Origin: Thermodesulfobacteriota bacterium
GTDB taxonomy: Bacteria; Desulfobacterota; Binatia; Bin18
NCBI GenBank assembly: GCA_964291405.2
Contig: OZ219926.1
Span: forward strand, 1,312,001 to 1,376,000
DNA length: 64,000 nucleotides
Direction: 5' to 3'
The position numbers were made by a program, and so were the translations under genes. Shown here piece by piece: positions 19,920-29,926 of the stretch (positions within the stretch are counted from its first letter, which is position 1; each line of letters starts with the position of its first letter). Below the pieces are notes generated by a model. It was not told the origin of the DNA and did not search any database. It worked only from the letters and a program-made list of their open reading frames with translations.

Positions 19920-19971
19920 CGTAGGGTGCATCCCATGCACCAGCTTCCTGGTGCGCAGGGCGCACCCTACG
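19920..19971. repeat. GTAG-type REP doublet (inverted pair of small palindromes)
   Basis: cgtagggtgca-tccca-tgcacc ... ggtgcg-caggg-cgcaccctacg, downstream of a gene. Confidence 0.7.
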
Positions 19972-20100
19972 AGAGTCTGGGCCGGGAGTATACTGGTATC
20001 GCTACAACCTATCCTGAAACGCGCTAACTGCGATGGAGCCGCCCTCATGAATCTGCTGCAAATTCACAATTTATAGGATGTGGACGCCACCTCGTCGTCA

Positions 20101-20337
20101 CTACCCAGCTATCCGTAGTGCATCTGCCAGGGCTTGGGGGATTTCGAGCGGGAAAAATCGGTCGGCTGCATAACCATAATCTTCTCCGCTCTCGTCAATA
20201 ACGCGAATGTATCCGTGAGAGGCAGCTTCCTCATCCGGAATGACTCGATACAATTTCCCTACCTCCAACGACGCTTTGTAGTCCTCGTTGCTGATACAGA
20301 CCGCGAAGCGAGACGTTTTTACGATCTTCTCTTTCAT
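20101..20337 (-). CDS. small hypothetical protein
   Basis: 78 aa, FAVCI.N.DY.ASLE.GKLY.VIPD..A...GYIRVIDESGEDY.Y pattern, which I recall from conserved small hypothetical proteins. Confidence 0.65.
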   Translation of the reverse strand: MKEKIVKTSRFAVCISNEDYKASLEVGKLYRVIPDEEAASHGYIRVIDESGEDYGYAADRFFPLEIPQALADALRIAG

Positions 20338-20371
20338 GGCTTATCTGGAATGTTTTCTGAATATATGGAGG

Positions 20372-20408
20372 TTGAAATATACAGCCAAGAGCGTTATTAT
20401 TCCTAACG
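20372..20408 (+). promoter_or_regulatory. sigma70 promoter with overlapping inverted repeat upstream of the HTH-MTase genes
   Basis: TTGAAA-17-TATTAT; cgtta/taacg palindrome spans the -10; ATG only 9 nt after the -10. Confidence 0.6.
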
Positions 20409-20409
20409 T

Positions 20410-20622
20410 ATGAGAAAGTATTTCACAACAGGAGAGGCTGCCGAATACCTTGGTGTTACACCCTCACGAGTGCGTCAGTATATCGTTGAGGAACGCCTCG
20501 AATCTGAAAAATACGGCAGGGATCATATGATTCAGGAGAGCACCCTGGCCGAATTTGCAAAACACGGAAAAAAGAAGCGGGGCCGACCCAAAAAACAACA
20601 GCAAAACTCACGAATGCGCTGA
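20410..20622 (+). CDS. excisionase/MerR-like helix-turn-helix protein (putative R-M regulator)
   Basis: YFTTGEAAEYLGVTPSRVRQYI..ERL...KYGR; AT-hook-like KKRGRPKK tail. Confidence 0.85.
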   Translation: MRKYFTTGEAAEYLGVTPSRVRQYIVEERLESEKYGRDHMIQESTLAEFAKHGKKKRGRPKKQQQNSRMR

Positions 20623-20643
20623 GAGCATTTCAGGCTGCAAAAA

Positions 20644-21531
20644 ATGACGACAGCCCTTCAAACAACCGCCAAGACCAGCATAGCCCTACCAACTCGGCAG
20701 CATCCAGTTGTGACGCTGCATGGGGATACGCGTGACCTCATTCGACAACTCCCAGACGAGACGTTTCAATGCGCCATCACGTCACCACCGTATTGGGGTG
20801 TCAGAGACTATGGCACTGAAAATCAGATTGGTGCCGAGCCGGACTTATCCCAGTATATTGAACATCTTGTCGGCGTCTTTCGTGAAGTCCGCAGGGTGCT
20901 GAAGCCTGATGGTACATTCTGGCTCAATATCGGTAATACCTACTCGTCTGGTGGCAGGAAATGGCGAGATGCTGATGATAAAAATAAGGGTCGGGCCATG
21001 TCGTACCGCCCACCAACCCCGCCCGGACTGAAGAAGAAGGACTTGATTGGGGTCGCTTGGTTATTAGCCCTGGAATGTCAAAAAGACGGCTGGTATCTGC
21101 GGAATGATATTATCTGGCACAAGCCCAATTGCCAGCCTGAAAGCGTCAAGGACAGGTTCACGGTTTCCCACGAATATCTGTTCATGTTTTCAAAATCCGA
21201 GCGGTACTATTTTGACCAGGAGGCAATTAAGGAGAACACGACAAACGGCAATGGCCGGAAAAACAGGCGGACGGTCTGGTCGATCAATACGGAGCCCTGC
21301 CCAGAGGCGCATTTTGCGGTCTTTCCCAGAGCCTTGATTCGCCCCTGCATTGTTGCTGGCAGTCGGAAAGACGATATTATTCTCGATCCTTTTTATGGGG
21401 CCGGCACGGTTGGGATTGTGACAAAAGAACTCGGACGGCGGTGTATCGGCATAGAACTGAATCGTGAGTATCTGGACATCGCAGAGCGGAGGGCAGCAAT
21501 GGTGCAAGCGGCCCTCATTCCTGAGGTATAA
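20644..21531 (+). CDS. N4-cytosine DNA methyltransferase, beta class (M.SmaI/M.Cfr9I-like)
   Basis: Catalytic TSPPYW precedes SAM motif ILDPFYGAGT; IIWHKPN..PESVKDR, HFAVFP. Confidence 0.92.
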   Translation: MTTALQTTAKTSIALPTRQHPVVTLHGDTRDLIRQLPDETFQCAITSPPYWGVRDYGTENQIGAEPDLSQYIEHLVGVFREVRRVLKPDGTFWLNIGNTYSSGGRKWRDADDKNKGRAMSYRPPTPPGLKKKDLIGVAWLLALECQKDGWYLRNDIIWHKPNCQPESVKDRFTVSHEYLFMFSKSERYYFDQEAIKENTTNGNGRKNRRTVWSINTEPCPEAHFAVFPRALIRPCIVAGSRKDDIILDPFYGAGTVGIVTKELGRRCIGIELNREYLDIAERRAAMVQAALIPEV

Positions 21532-22282
21532 AAAATTCCCACTGCGCGTGCACTCGACAAGCATCTTTACTCAAGTTCTTGATCTGTAATTTCCTCTCAC
21601 CTCCGCCGTCAAAATACAGACTGAAAATAATCTGGCCGTCCTCATTACGAACGTAACAGTAGCCGGGCTTTGGAAACTGTTTGCTGCCTAGTTTCATTTC
21701 CAACTGACCGCCATTGGCGAGCCTGAGGATATCTATCGGGATTTCAACAAGTTCATATTTCCAGCGCGGGGCCTTTCTGACAGCCCGGAGACTCAGTATC
21801 TTCTCATAGCGCTCCAGATGGTTGAGAAACTGGATACGCAACCCTTCAAGGTCACTGGGGGCATCGCCCCAATCTCCTCTCCCCAATTCCATGAATTTAC
21901 TGATCCATAAGACGTTTTCCCTAATATTTTTATCCGCCTGCGTTTTCAGCGAGAATTGGACTCCATCAACGGTAGCGTCATGGCCCGGATTGCCTTTTGG
22001 GGCGAGTTCCGCCTCATGGCCGCTCATCTTCAGGACATGGACGAGAACGTATTCAAACTTATCTTTACTGAATGGTTCTGACGAGAAACTATGATGAACC
22101 CGCAGGGCATCTCCAAAGTTTTGTAGGGTGGTCTCATCGAACAAGTCACTCCCACTTAGGATAAATCTGTGATCGGCAGAGAAAACAGAGACCACACGCT
22201 GAATCCAATGGAGTTGGCCGGCGGTCAATTCCGGGATTGAGCGCACTAAGGATTCTATAAGCTGTCGTTTATCGTTATTCAT
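21515..22282 (-). CDS. type II restriction endonuclease, SmaI family
   Basis: Motifs matching R.SmaI as recalled: FGD.L..HH, NPGHD.T.D....LKT, SK.MELG.G.W, LVEIP, SKQ.PKPGY.YV, FSLYFDGG.ERKLQIK; convergent with the m4C MTase. Confidence 0.85.
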   Translation of the reverse strand: MNNDKRQLIESLVRSIPELTAGQLHWIQRVVSVFSADHRFILSGSDLFDETTLQNFGDALRVHHSFSSEPFSKDKFEYVLVHVLKMSGHEAELAPKGNPGHDATVDGVQFSLKTQADKNIRENVLWISKFMELGRGDWGDAPSDLEGLRIQFLNHLERYEKILSLRAVRKAPRWKYELVEIPIDILRLANGGQLEMKLGSKQFPKPGYCYVRNEDGQIIFSLYFDGGGERKLQIKNLSKDACRVHAQWEFFIPQE

Positions 22283-22322
22283 TCTTTTTCAGAGCTATCC
22301 ATCAGAGAGAATTGGCTCGCGC

Positions 22323-23543
22323 TCACGCCGGGCCGCTGCGCAGAATCTGCTTGCGTTCCAACTCTTGCACCTGCTCCGGCGTATAGCCGAGCCATTGGGT
22401 CAGGATTTCCCCGTTATGCTCGCCCAGTGTCGGGGCTTGCAGCTCAAGGGTCTGGGGAAATTCCGAAAACCGGAGCGCGAATCCCGGCACCTCCATCTCA
22501 CCGAGGAAGCGGTCATGGACCGTTCGGACCGTTCCCCGCTGGCGCAGATGCGGATGCTGGAGGGCCTCGGGTACGGATAGAATGGGCGCAACCGGCACAT
22601 GGTACTCCTTCAGCGTCGCAATGGCTGCATCATCGCTCGGCTGAGAGCGGAGCCAGACCTCAATGGTCCCCACCAATTCGTCCAGATGATTCATACGCGC
22701 CTCGTTGTCGGTAAAGCGCGGGTCCCGCGCCAACTCCGGCTGCCCCATTGCCTCGCACAGCCTGGTCCAGTGCTGCTCCAGGGGCGCAATCAAAATCATA
22801 TAGCGCTCGTGCCCCTTGAACACGCCAGCGGGAGCTGCGTACCACGAATGCGCTCCCGAACGGGTCGGGTTTATTTTTCCTTTGCTCAGGCTGTACATCT
22901 GAAAGCTGGCCTCATGGTAGTGCGCATAGGTATCGAGCAACGCCAGGTCCAAATGCTGTCCGCGCCCAGTTCGCTCGCGGTATAACAACGCTGCGCAGAC
23001 CGCGCCCATGGCATGCGCTCCGGTGGAGACATCGCCCAGGGCCACCATCGGGAATATGGGCGGGCCGTCCTTTTCGCCACCCATCGAAGTGACGCCTGAG
23101 TAGGCCGCGCCCACCCAGTCGAAACCGGGTTCGTGGGCGAGCGGTCCGGTCTGCCCAAAAGCGGAAATCGAGCACATCACCAGCCGGGGATTGATCTGAC
23201 TCACAACATCGTAGCCGAGACCCAGACGGCCAATGACTCCGGGGGCATAGTTCTCGACCAGCACATCGACTTTCTCGACCAGTTCTTTGAGAATGGCCAG
23301 CCCCTCCGGTGTTTTAGCGTCAATACATAAGTCCTTCTTGCCGCGGTTGTGCTGGACAAAATAGCCGCTCCGACCGTCAACTATAACCGGCCCTATGCGT
23401 GCGCCGTCGCCCGCCGGCGCCAATTCCACCTTGATCACCTCGGCTCCCATTTCCGCCAGCATCAGCGTACAGGTCGGTCCTGCCACGATCTGGGTGAAAT
23501 CCAACACCTTGTAGCCATCCAGCACGTGCTTCGGCTGATTCAT
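22323..23543 (-). CDS. class III CoA-transferase (CaiB/BaiF family)
   Basis: LDGYKVLDFTQIVAGP, MGAEVIKVE, NRGKK, DVLVENYAPG, APTLGEHN. Confidence 0.95.
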   Translation of the reverse strand: MNQPKHVLDGYKVLDFTQIVAGPTCTLMLAEMGAEVIKVELAPAGDGARIGPVIVDGRSGYFVQHNRGKKDLCIDAKTPEGLAILKELVEKVDVLVENYAPGVIGRLGLGYDVVSQINPRLVMCSISAFGQTGPLAHEPGFDWVGAAYSGVTSMGGEKDGPPIFPMVALGDVSTGAHAMGAVCAALLYRERTGRGQHLDLALLDTYAHYHEASFQMYSLSKGKINPTRSGAHSWYAAPAGVFKGHERYMILIAPLEQHWTRLCEAMGQPELARDPRFTDNEARMNHLDELVGTIEVWLRSQPSDDAAIATLKEYHVPVAPILSVPEALQHPHLRQRGTVRTVHDRFLGEMEVPGFALRFSEFPQTLELQAPTLGEHNGEILTQWLGYTPEQVQELERKQILRSGPA

Positions 23544-23763
23544 TGTGCCCTCCAAAAGTTTTATACTGCCCCCATACCAGCCCAGGGCAGAGAGGCAAGA
23601 GGAGGCAGCAGAGCCACATCAGATATGCTTGTGTTCAACGTCACTCTTGTTCTCATCTGCTCAATATGCCAAGAACTGACCGTGGTCAGCCAATGAGCAC
23701 GCCCGTTCGACCTCGTGCCATTCTGGAGGAGGTAGAACCCGGGCAATTCATAGGAACGGACGT

Positions 23764-24909
23764 ATGGACCTCGTCACCACCGCGCTCGAACTGCAACCCA
23801 TAATCCGGAAATATCTCGACAAGGGAGAGCAGGAAGCCAGACTGGCAAACGAAGTATTCGCCGCGGTCGGTCAGGCCGGGCTCTTCAGACTCTTCGCCCC
23901 GCACGAAGTCGGTGGCCTGGAAGCCTCCCCGGCTGTCGCGCTCGCCGCTATTGAGGCAGTCAGTGCCGCCGACCCGGCCGTTGGCTGGTGTATCGGAAAT
24001 TCTCAACCCGCTTGCTTGGCTGCCGGCTGGCTGGCTGAGGGCGAACGGGCGCAACTCTTTGCTGAGCCGAATCGCAACTTCGGCTTCTCAGCGGCACCGG
24101 CCGGACGTGCCGTTGCGGAAAACAACGGCTATCGCCTCAGTGGTCAGTGGCCGGTTGTGACGGGCTGTGAGGATGCTAGCTGGTGCGCCCTGGCGGGTCT
24201 CGTCATGGATGGGGATACGCCGCGCCAAGTAGATGGCGTACCCGATGGACGGCTTTTCCTGATTCCAACGGCGGACATTGTCATCTCTCCTACCTGGCAG
24301 GGGGCTGTGGCCATGCGTGGAACCGGCAGTAATGCGGTGAGTGTCGATAAGGTCTTCGTGCCTGAGGGCTTTGCCCATACTCCGGCGAAGCCACGCGTGA
24401 TTGACCGTCCCTTGTATCGCCTCCCACTCCCGTTGTTGTTTGCGCCCGCCGGTACTGCCGTCGCCCTGGGAGCCTTGGACACCGCCGTGGCAAGTGCCAG
24501 AGAAGCGCTGGGAGCAAAGGTCTCCTCCTTTAGCGGGCAGACGGTCCGTGACCAAACGCCGATTCAGGAGCTGATTGCTCACAGCAGCGCCGCATTACGG
24601 GCGGCCCGAGCAGGACTTTTGGCTGCAACAAACGCCGTCTGGGATCTGGTCAAGACTGGTTCTGAGGTCCCGCTGCCGCTCCGGGCGGAACTGTACGCCT
24701 CCGCTTTCTATGTCCTGGACACGGCGCGGGATACCGTCAGCCAGCTGTACGCCCGGGGGACGCGCGCAGGGTTTATGCAGGGCAACCCACTGGAACGGGC
24801 TCTCAGGAATCTCCACGCTATCGCCTTTGGCTATGAATCCTCGCGTGGCATTCAGCATTCTGCTGGGCGGGTATTACTCGGCGGCGCACCGCTCGACCCA
24901 CTGTTCTGA
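23764..24909 (+). CDS. acyl-CoA-dehydrogenase-fold flavin-dependent hydroxylase (HsaA/HpaH-like oxygenase)
   Basis: GLFRLFAP.EVGG.E, GYRLSGQWP.VTGC..A.W, MRGTGSN...VDKVFVP, NPLERALRNLH. Confidence 0.88.
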   Translation: MDLVTTALELQPIIRKYLDKGEQEARLANEVFAAVGQAGLFRLFAPHEVGGLEASPAVALAAIEAVSAADPAVGWCIGNSQPACLAAGWLAEGERAQLFAEPNRNFGFSAAPAGRAVAENNGYRLSGQWPVVTGCEDASWCALAGLVMDGDTPRQVDGVPDGRLFLIPTADIVISPTWQGAVAMRGTGSNAVSVDKVFVPEGFAHTPAKPRVIDRPLYRLPLPLLFAPAGTAVALGALDTAVASAREALGAKVSSFSGQTVRDQTPIQELIAHSSAALRAARAGLLAATNAVWDLVKTGSEVPLPLRAELYASAFYVLDTARDTVSQLYARGTRAGFMQGNPLERALRNLHAIAFGYESSRGIQHSAGRVLLGGAPLDPLF

Positions 24910-25016
24910 ACGGAGATGCCACGTGTCCGCTTTCGTGGCTGGGTCGTGCCACTCGAAACCAGCACGGGGATGCGATATATCTAGGCAACAAAGGACACCT
25001 ATTAAGGAGGGGGACT

Positions 25017-26645
25017 ATGGGGAATATGCAACAGCATCCGCAGAAGCCAAACGGCAACGGTGCGGTCGAGCAGTATGACGCGATCGTGATTGGCGCCGGG
25101 GTGTCGGGATTGTATCAGCTGTACAAACTCAGAGAGATGGGGCTGTCGGTGCGCGCCTTTGAGGACGCGGGCGGCGTGGGCGGCACCTGGTATTGGAACC
25201 GCTACCCGGGTTGCCGCTTCGACTCCGAGAGTGAAACCTATGGGTACTCATGGTCGGAGGAACTCCTACAGGAGTGGAATTGGAAGGAGCACTTTTCCGG
25301 TCAGCCGGAAAATGAGCGCTACCTCAACTTTGTGGCTGACAAGTTTGATCTGCGGAGAGACATCCAACTCGACTCTCGGGTCAGCTCGGCGGTCTACGAC
25401 GAGAAGGAGCACTGCTGGGAGGTGCAGATTGAGGGCGGGCAGCGCGCCCGGGCGCAGTTTCTGGTCGGCGCGGTCGGTGTTCTATCCGCGAAGTATACAC
25501 CGCCCTTTGAAGGCATCGACAGCTTCAAAGGCCAATCCTTTCACACCTCAAACTGGCCGAAGGAAAAGGTTGATTTTACTGGCAAACGGGTCGGCTGCAT
25601 CGGCACGGGGGCGACCGCGGTCCAGCTTATCCCGATCGTAGCGGAAGAAGCCGGTCAGCTGACCGTCTTTCAGCGTACCCCGAACTACTGTGCACCGTGC
25701 AGAAATTCGGAAGTCAGCCCGGAGGCCCAGGCCGCGTGGAAGGCCCGCTACCCGGAAATCCATAAAAAGTGTCGCGAAACCTCGGTCGGCTTTGAACATG
25801 AATTCGACCCACGCTCAGCCCTGGAGGTCTCGGAGGAAGAGCGCTTGGAGCTGTACGAGAAGTTATGGATACAACCCGGCTTCACCAAATGGCTCGGCAA
25901 TTTCTACGACATTATGACCAATCGGGAAGCCAACGAGACGTTCTCCGAGTTCGTTCGCAACAAGATCCGCGAGCGGGTGCACGACCCCGAGGTGGCCGAA
26001 TTGCTGGTTCCCAAGGATCATCCATTCGGGGCCAAGCGCATCCCGTTGGAAACCCATTATTACGAAGCCTACAACCGGGACAATGTGAAATTGGTTGACG
26101 TCCGCAAGGCCCCGATCGAACGCATCACACCCAAGGGAGTGCAGACGCAGGATGCCGAGTACGAACTCGACGTGATCATCTATGCCACCGGTTTTGACGT
26201 GGTGACCGGGCCGCTGACCCAAATCGATATTCGCGGGGAAGGTGGACAGCAGTTCAAAGACAAATGGGCCAATGGGCCACGGACTCATCTCGGTATTCAG
26301 ACCGCAGGCTTCCCGAATTTCTTCATTGCCGCGAGCACGGCCTTCTGCAACTACACCGTCTGCGCTGAGATGATTGTGGAGTGGATTGCGGACTGTATCG
26401 GCTATCTGCGCGAGAAGAAGCTATCGAGTATTGCGCCTACCCAACAGGCAGAGCAGGAATGGGTAGATCACTCGAACGAGATTGCTTCGCAGACGCTCCT
26501 GACCGATACCGACTCCTGGTTTATGGGAGCGAATATTCCAGGCAAGGCGCGCGCCCTGCTCCTGTACGCCAACACGGTTCCAGAGTATCGGAAGAGGTGC
26601 CGAGCCGCAGCTGATGGCGGCTATAAGGAGTTTGTCCTGCAATAG
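25017..26645 (+). CDS. type I Baeyer-Villiger monooxygenase
   Basis: GAGVSG, GGTWYWNRYPG, fingerprint FKGQSFHTSNWP, GTGATA, ATGF, SWFMGANIPGK. Confidence 0.96.
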   Translation: MGNMQQHPQKPNGNGAVEQYDAIVIGAGVSGLYQLYKLREMGLSVRAFEDAGGVGGTWYWNRYPGCRFDSESETYGYSWSEELLQEWNWKEHFSGQPENERYLNFVADKFDLRRDIQLDSRVSSAVYDEKEHCWEVQIEGGQRARAQFLVGAVGVLSAKYTPPFEGIDSFKGQSFHTSNWPKEKVDFTGKRVGCIGTGATAVQLIPIVAEEAGQLTVFQRTPNYCAPCRNSEVSPEAQAAWKARYPEIHKKCRETSVGFEHEFDPRSALEVSEEERLELYEKLWIQPGFTKWLGNFYDIMTNREANETFSEFVRNKIRERVHDPEVAELLVPKDHPFGAKRIPLETHYYEAYNRDNVKLVDVRKAPIERITPKGVQTQDAEYELDVIIYATGFDVVTGPLTQIDIRGEGGQQFKDKWANGPRTHLGIQTAGFPNFFIAASTAFCNYTVCAEMIVEWIADCIGYLREKKLSSIAPTQQAEQEWVDHSNEIASQTLLTDTDSWFMGANIPGKARALLLYANTVPEYRKRCRAAADGGYKEFVLQ

Positions 26646-26737
26646 ACCATGTCTTTCGGCGGGCGATCACAGGGGGTCGCCGCTCGTGGGGATGAGATAT
26701 ATCTGAGCAACGAAGAACGCCTGTAAGGAGGGGTCCT

Positions 26738-28366
26738 ATGGGGAACACACAAAAACATCCGCAGAAGCCAAACGGCAACGGCGCGGTTGAGCAGTATGAC
26801 GCGATCGTGATCGGTGCTGGGGTGTCAGGCTTGTATCAGCTGTACAAACTCAGAGAGATGGGGTTGTCGGTGCGCACCTTTGAGGACGCGGGCGGCGTGG
26901 GTGGCACCTGGTATTGGAACCGCTACCCGGGCTGTCGTTTTGATTCCGAGAGTGAGACCTACGGCTATTCATGGTCGGAGGAACTCCTCCAGGAATGGAA
27001 TTGGAAGGAGCACTTTTCCGGTCAGCCCGAGAACGAGCGCTACCTCAACTTTGTGGCCGACAAGTTTGATCTACGCAAGGACATCCAGCTCAACTCTCGC
27101 GTCAGCTCGGCGGTCTACGACGAGAAGGAGCACTGCTGGGAGGTGCAGATTGAGGGGGGCCAGCGCGCCCGGGCGCAGTTTCTGGTCGGCGCGGTCGGTA
27201 TTCTGTCCGCGAAATACACCCCGCCGTTTGAAGGCATTGACAGCTTCGAGGGGCTGTCCTTTCACACCTCAAACTGGCCGAAGGAAAAGGTTGATTTTAC
27301 TGGCAAACGGGTCGGCTGCATCGGCACGGGGGCGACCGCGGTCCAACTCATCCCGATCGTAGCGGAAGAAGCCGGTCAGCTGACCGTCTTTCAGCGTACC
27401 CCGAACTACTGTGCGCCGTGCAGAAATTCGGAAGTCAGCCCGGAGACCCAGGCCGCATGGAAGGCCAGTTATGATGAAATCCACAAACGCTGCCGCGAAA
27501 CCTCGGTCGCCTTTCGACATGAGTTTGATCCGCGTTCGGCGCTGGAGGTCTCGGAGGAAGAGCGCTTGGAGCTGTACGAGAAGTTATGGATGCAACCCGG
27601 CTTCACCAAATGGCTCGGCAATTTCCACGACATTATGACCAATCGGGAGGCGAATGAGACCTTTGCCGAGTTTGTCCGCAACAAAATCCGCGAGCGGGTA
27701 CATGACCCCGAGGTGGCCGAGCTGCTGGTTCCCAAGGACCACCCGTTCGGGGCCAAGCGCATCCCGTTGGAAACCCATTATTACGAAGCCTACAACCGGG
27801 ACAATGTGAAATTGGTCGATGTCCGTAAGGCCCCGATCGAACGTATTACACCCAAGGGCGTAAAAACTCAGGATGCCGAGTACGAACTCGACGCGATCAT
27901 CTATGCCACCGGTTTTGACGTGGTGACCGGGCCGCTGACCCAAATCGATATTCGCGGGGAAGGCGGGCAGCAATTCAAAGACAAATGGGCCAATGGGCCA
28001 CGGACTTATCTTGGTATTCAGACCACGGGCTTCCCGAATTTCTTTATTGCCGCGAACTCGGCCTTCTGCAACTATACCGTGTGTGCCGAGATGATCGCAG
28101 AATGGATTGCGGACTGTATCGGCCATCTCCGCGAGAAGAAGCTATCGAGCATTGCGCCCACCCAACAGGCCGAGGATGCCTGGGTCGAGCACTCCAACGA
28201 GTTGGCCTCGCATACCCTGCTGGGTGATACCGACTCCTGGTTTATGGGAGCGAATATTCCAGGCAAGGCGCGCGCCCTGCTCCTGTACGCCAACCGCGCC
28301 CCTGAGTATCGCAAGAAGTGCCAGGAGGCTGCGGCCAGCGGCTATCAGGATTTTGTACTGCAATGA
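26738..28366 (+). CDS. type I Baeyer-Villiger monooxygenase, near-identical tandem paralog
   Basis: Same length (542 aa) and motifs (FEGLSFHTSNWP); long stretches of DNA identical to 25017-26645. Confidence 0.96.
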   Translation: MGNTQKHPQKPNGNGAVEQYDAIVIGAGVSGLYQLYKLREMGLSVRTFEDAGGVGGTWYWNRYPGCRFDSESETYGYSWSEELLQEWNWKEHFSGQPENERYLNFVADKFDLRKDIQLNSRVSSAVYDEKEHCWEVQIEGGQRARAQFLVGAVGILSAKYTPPFEGIDSFEGLSFHTSNWPKEKVDFTGKRVGCIGTGATAVQLIPIVAEEAGQLTVFQRTPNYCAPCRNSEVSPETQAAWKASYDEIHKRCRETSVAFRHEFDPRSALEVSEEERLELYEKLWMQPGFTKWLGNFHDIMTNREANETFAEFVRNKIRERVHDPEVAELLVPKDHPFGAKRIPLETHYYEAYNRDNVKLVDVRKAPIERITPKGVKTQDAEYELDAIIYATGFDVVTGPLTQIDIRGEGGQQFKDKWANGPRTYLGIQTTGFPNFFIAANSAFCNYTVCAEMIAEWIADCIGHLREKKLSSIAPTQQAEDAWVEHSNELASHTLLGDTDSWFMGANIPGKARALLLYANRAPEYRKKCQEAAASGYQDFVLQ

Positions 28367-28422
28367 ACAGTGGAGGGGTGAATACAAGATGCGCCCCTCC
28401 ATAAAATAAGGAAGATCGCATC

Positions 28423-29037
28423 ATGCAACACGCAATCAGGTTGTATGGGGTTGGCGGGACTCGGTCGGCCCGGTGTCGCTGGGTGCTTTATGAGTTGGGT
28501 CTGGATTTTGAATATATAGACAGAGATGGCTTGATCGGCAGTGACGAGTTGCGCACCTTTCATCCTCAGGCGAAAAGCCCGGCAGCGGTCATTGATGGTC
28601 TCGTTTTGTTTGAGTCATCCGCAATCTGCAACTATCTTTGTGACATGGTCGCCGACAATAAACTGCTAGCACCGTCGGGAACACCGGCGCGAGGGCGGCA
28701 TGAGCAGTGGGTGTCATTTGCCCAGTCAGAGATAGAAGGATGGCTCTGGAGTAATTTTAAGCATAGAACACTGTACCCTGAGAAAAGACGTGTTCCAGCC
28801 GTCATCGAACAGAACTACAAAGAAATTCACGCGGGACTTTCGGTGTTGGAGAAGACGTGCACTGAATCGGATTATCTTGTTGGCGACGAGTTCAGTGCGA
28901 CGGATATTATTGTTGGTTGGACGGTGAACTGGGCGAGGAACGGAGGCAAGGTAAGCTTCGATGAATTTCCATCGCTGTCCGCCTATCTCGGTCGTCTGTT
29001 TGCGCGCGAGCATTGTACGCTGAGTCCTCCCGACTAA
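28423..29037 (+). CDS. glutathione S-transferase family protein
   Basis: TRSARCRWVLYELG, HPQAKSP, LFESSAICNYL, YLVGDEFSATDI. Confidence 0.9.
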   Translation: MQHAIRLYGVGGTRSARCRWVLYELGLDFEYIDRDGLIGSDELRTFHPQAKSPAAVIDGLVLFESSAICNYLCDMVADNKLLAPSGTPARGRHEQWVSFAQSEIEGWLWSNFKHRTLYPEKRRVPAVIEQNYKEIHAGLSVLEKTCTESDYLVGDEFSATDIIVGWTVNWARNGGKVSFDEFPSLSAYLGRLFAREHCTLSPPD

Positions 29038-29092
29038 AGCGCTCGCTGAGTCGGGAGCGTGTCATACAGATAAATTATTGGAGGAAAGCGTG

Positions 29093-29857
29093 ATGAAACC
29101 AGTCTGTTTGGTTCTGGGTGCCGGTGCCGGTATTGGCGGAACAGTGGCCGCTAAATTCGCAAGCGAGGGCTATCATTCGTGTTTATGTCGCAGAACCGAT
29201 CAAGAAGGTTTAGATCGGTTGGTCAAAAAAATAGAAAACGACGGTGGCTCCGCTACCGGGTTTTTAATGAACGCCATCGAAGACAACGTGATTGAAGACC
29301 TCATCGAGTCGATCGAATCGGACATCGGTCCGATAGAAGTCGTTGTCTACAATTTGGGTGCCCAAACGGGTATGAAGCTGCTGCATGAGACCACGTATAA
29401 GGAATTTGAGTGGGGCTGGAGAATAGCCAACCTCGGTTTATTCAGAACCGCAAAAGTCCTGTGTCCACTGATGGAAAAAAGAGGAAAAGGAACGATCCTT
29501 GTCACCTCTGCAACCGCTGCTATGCGAGGGAATAAGACGCAACATTCTCACGCCTCAGCGATGGGTGGAAGAAGAATGCTGTGCCAGTCGTTGAATGCGG
29601 AATTTGCTTCCAAAGGTATTCATGTCGCGCATATTGTTGTCGATGGTGCTGTCGATGCCCCGGACACTCTAGGCAAGATACTGGGTCCCGAAAAATACCA
29701 AGCGTTAAGAGAAACGAAGGGCATGGAGCACGATGGCTTAGTCTTGCCTGAGAAAGTAGCAGAAACTTATTATCATCTGGCCCAACAACATCGATCCACT
29801 TGGACTCACCAAATCGATTTGCGCGCCTTCTCAGATCTCGCCTGGTGGAATCACTAA
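29093..29857 (+). CDS. short-chain dehydrogenase/reductase (atypical)
   Basis: GAGAGIG, YNLG, TSATAAMRG, GIHVAHIVVDGAVD, QHRSTWT. Confidence 0.9.
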   Translation: MKPVCLVLGAGAGIGGTVAAKFASEGYHSCLCRRTDQEGLDRLVKKIENDGGSATGFLMNAIEDNVIEDLIESIESDIGPIEVVVYNLGAQTGMKLLHETTYKEFEWGWRIANLGLFRTAKVLCPLMEKRGKGTILVTSATAAMRGNKTQHSHASAMGGRRMLCQSLNAEFASKGIHVAHIVVDGAVDAPDTLGKILGPEKYQALRETKGMEHDGLVLPEKVAETYYHLAQQHRSTWTHQIDLRAFSDLAWWNH

Positions 29858-29926
29858 ACAGTCTTTGAATGCGTTGACTCAGAGTCTCGTATCTACTCGG
29901 CTGAGAGAATGACGGAGGTATCTTGT

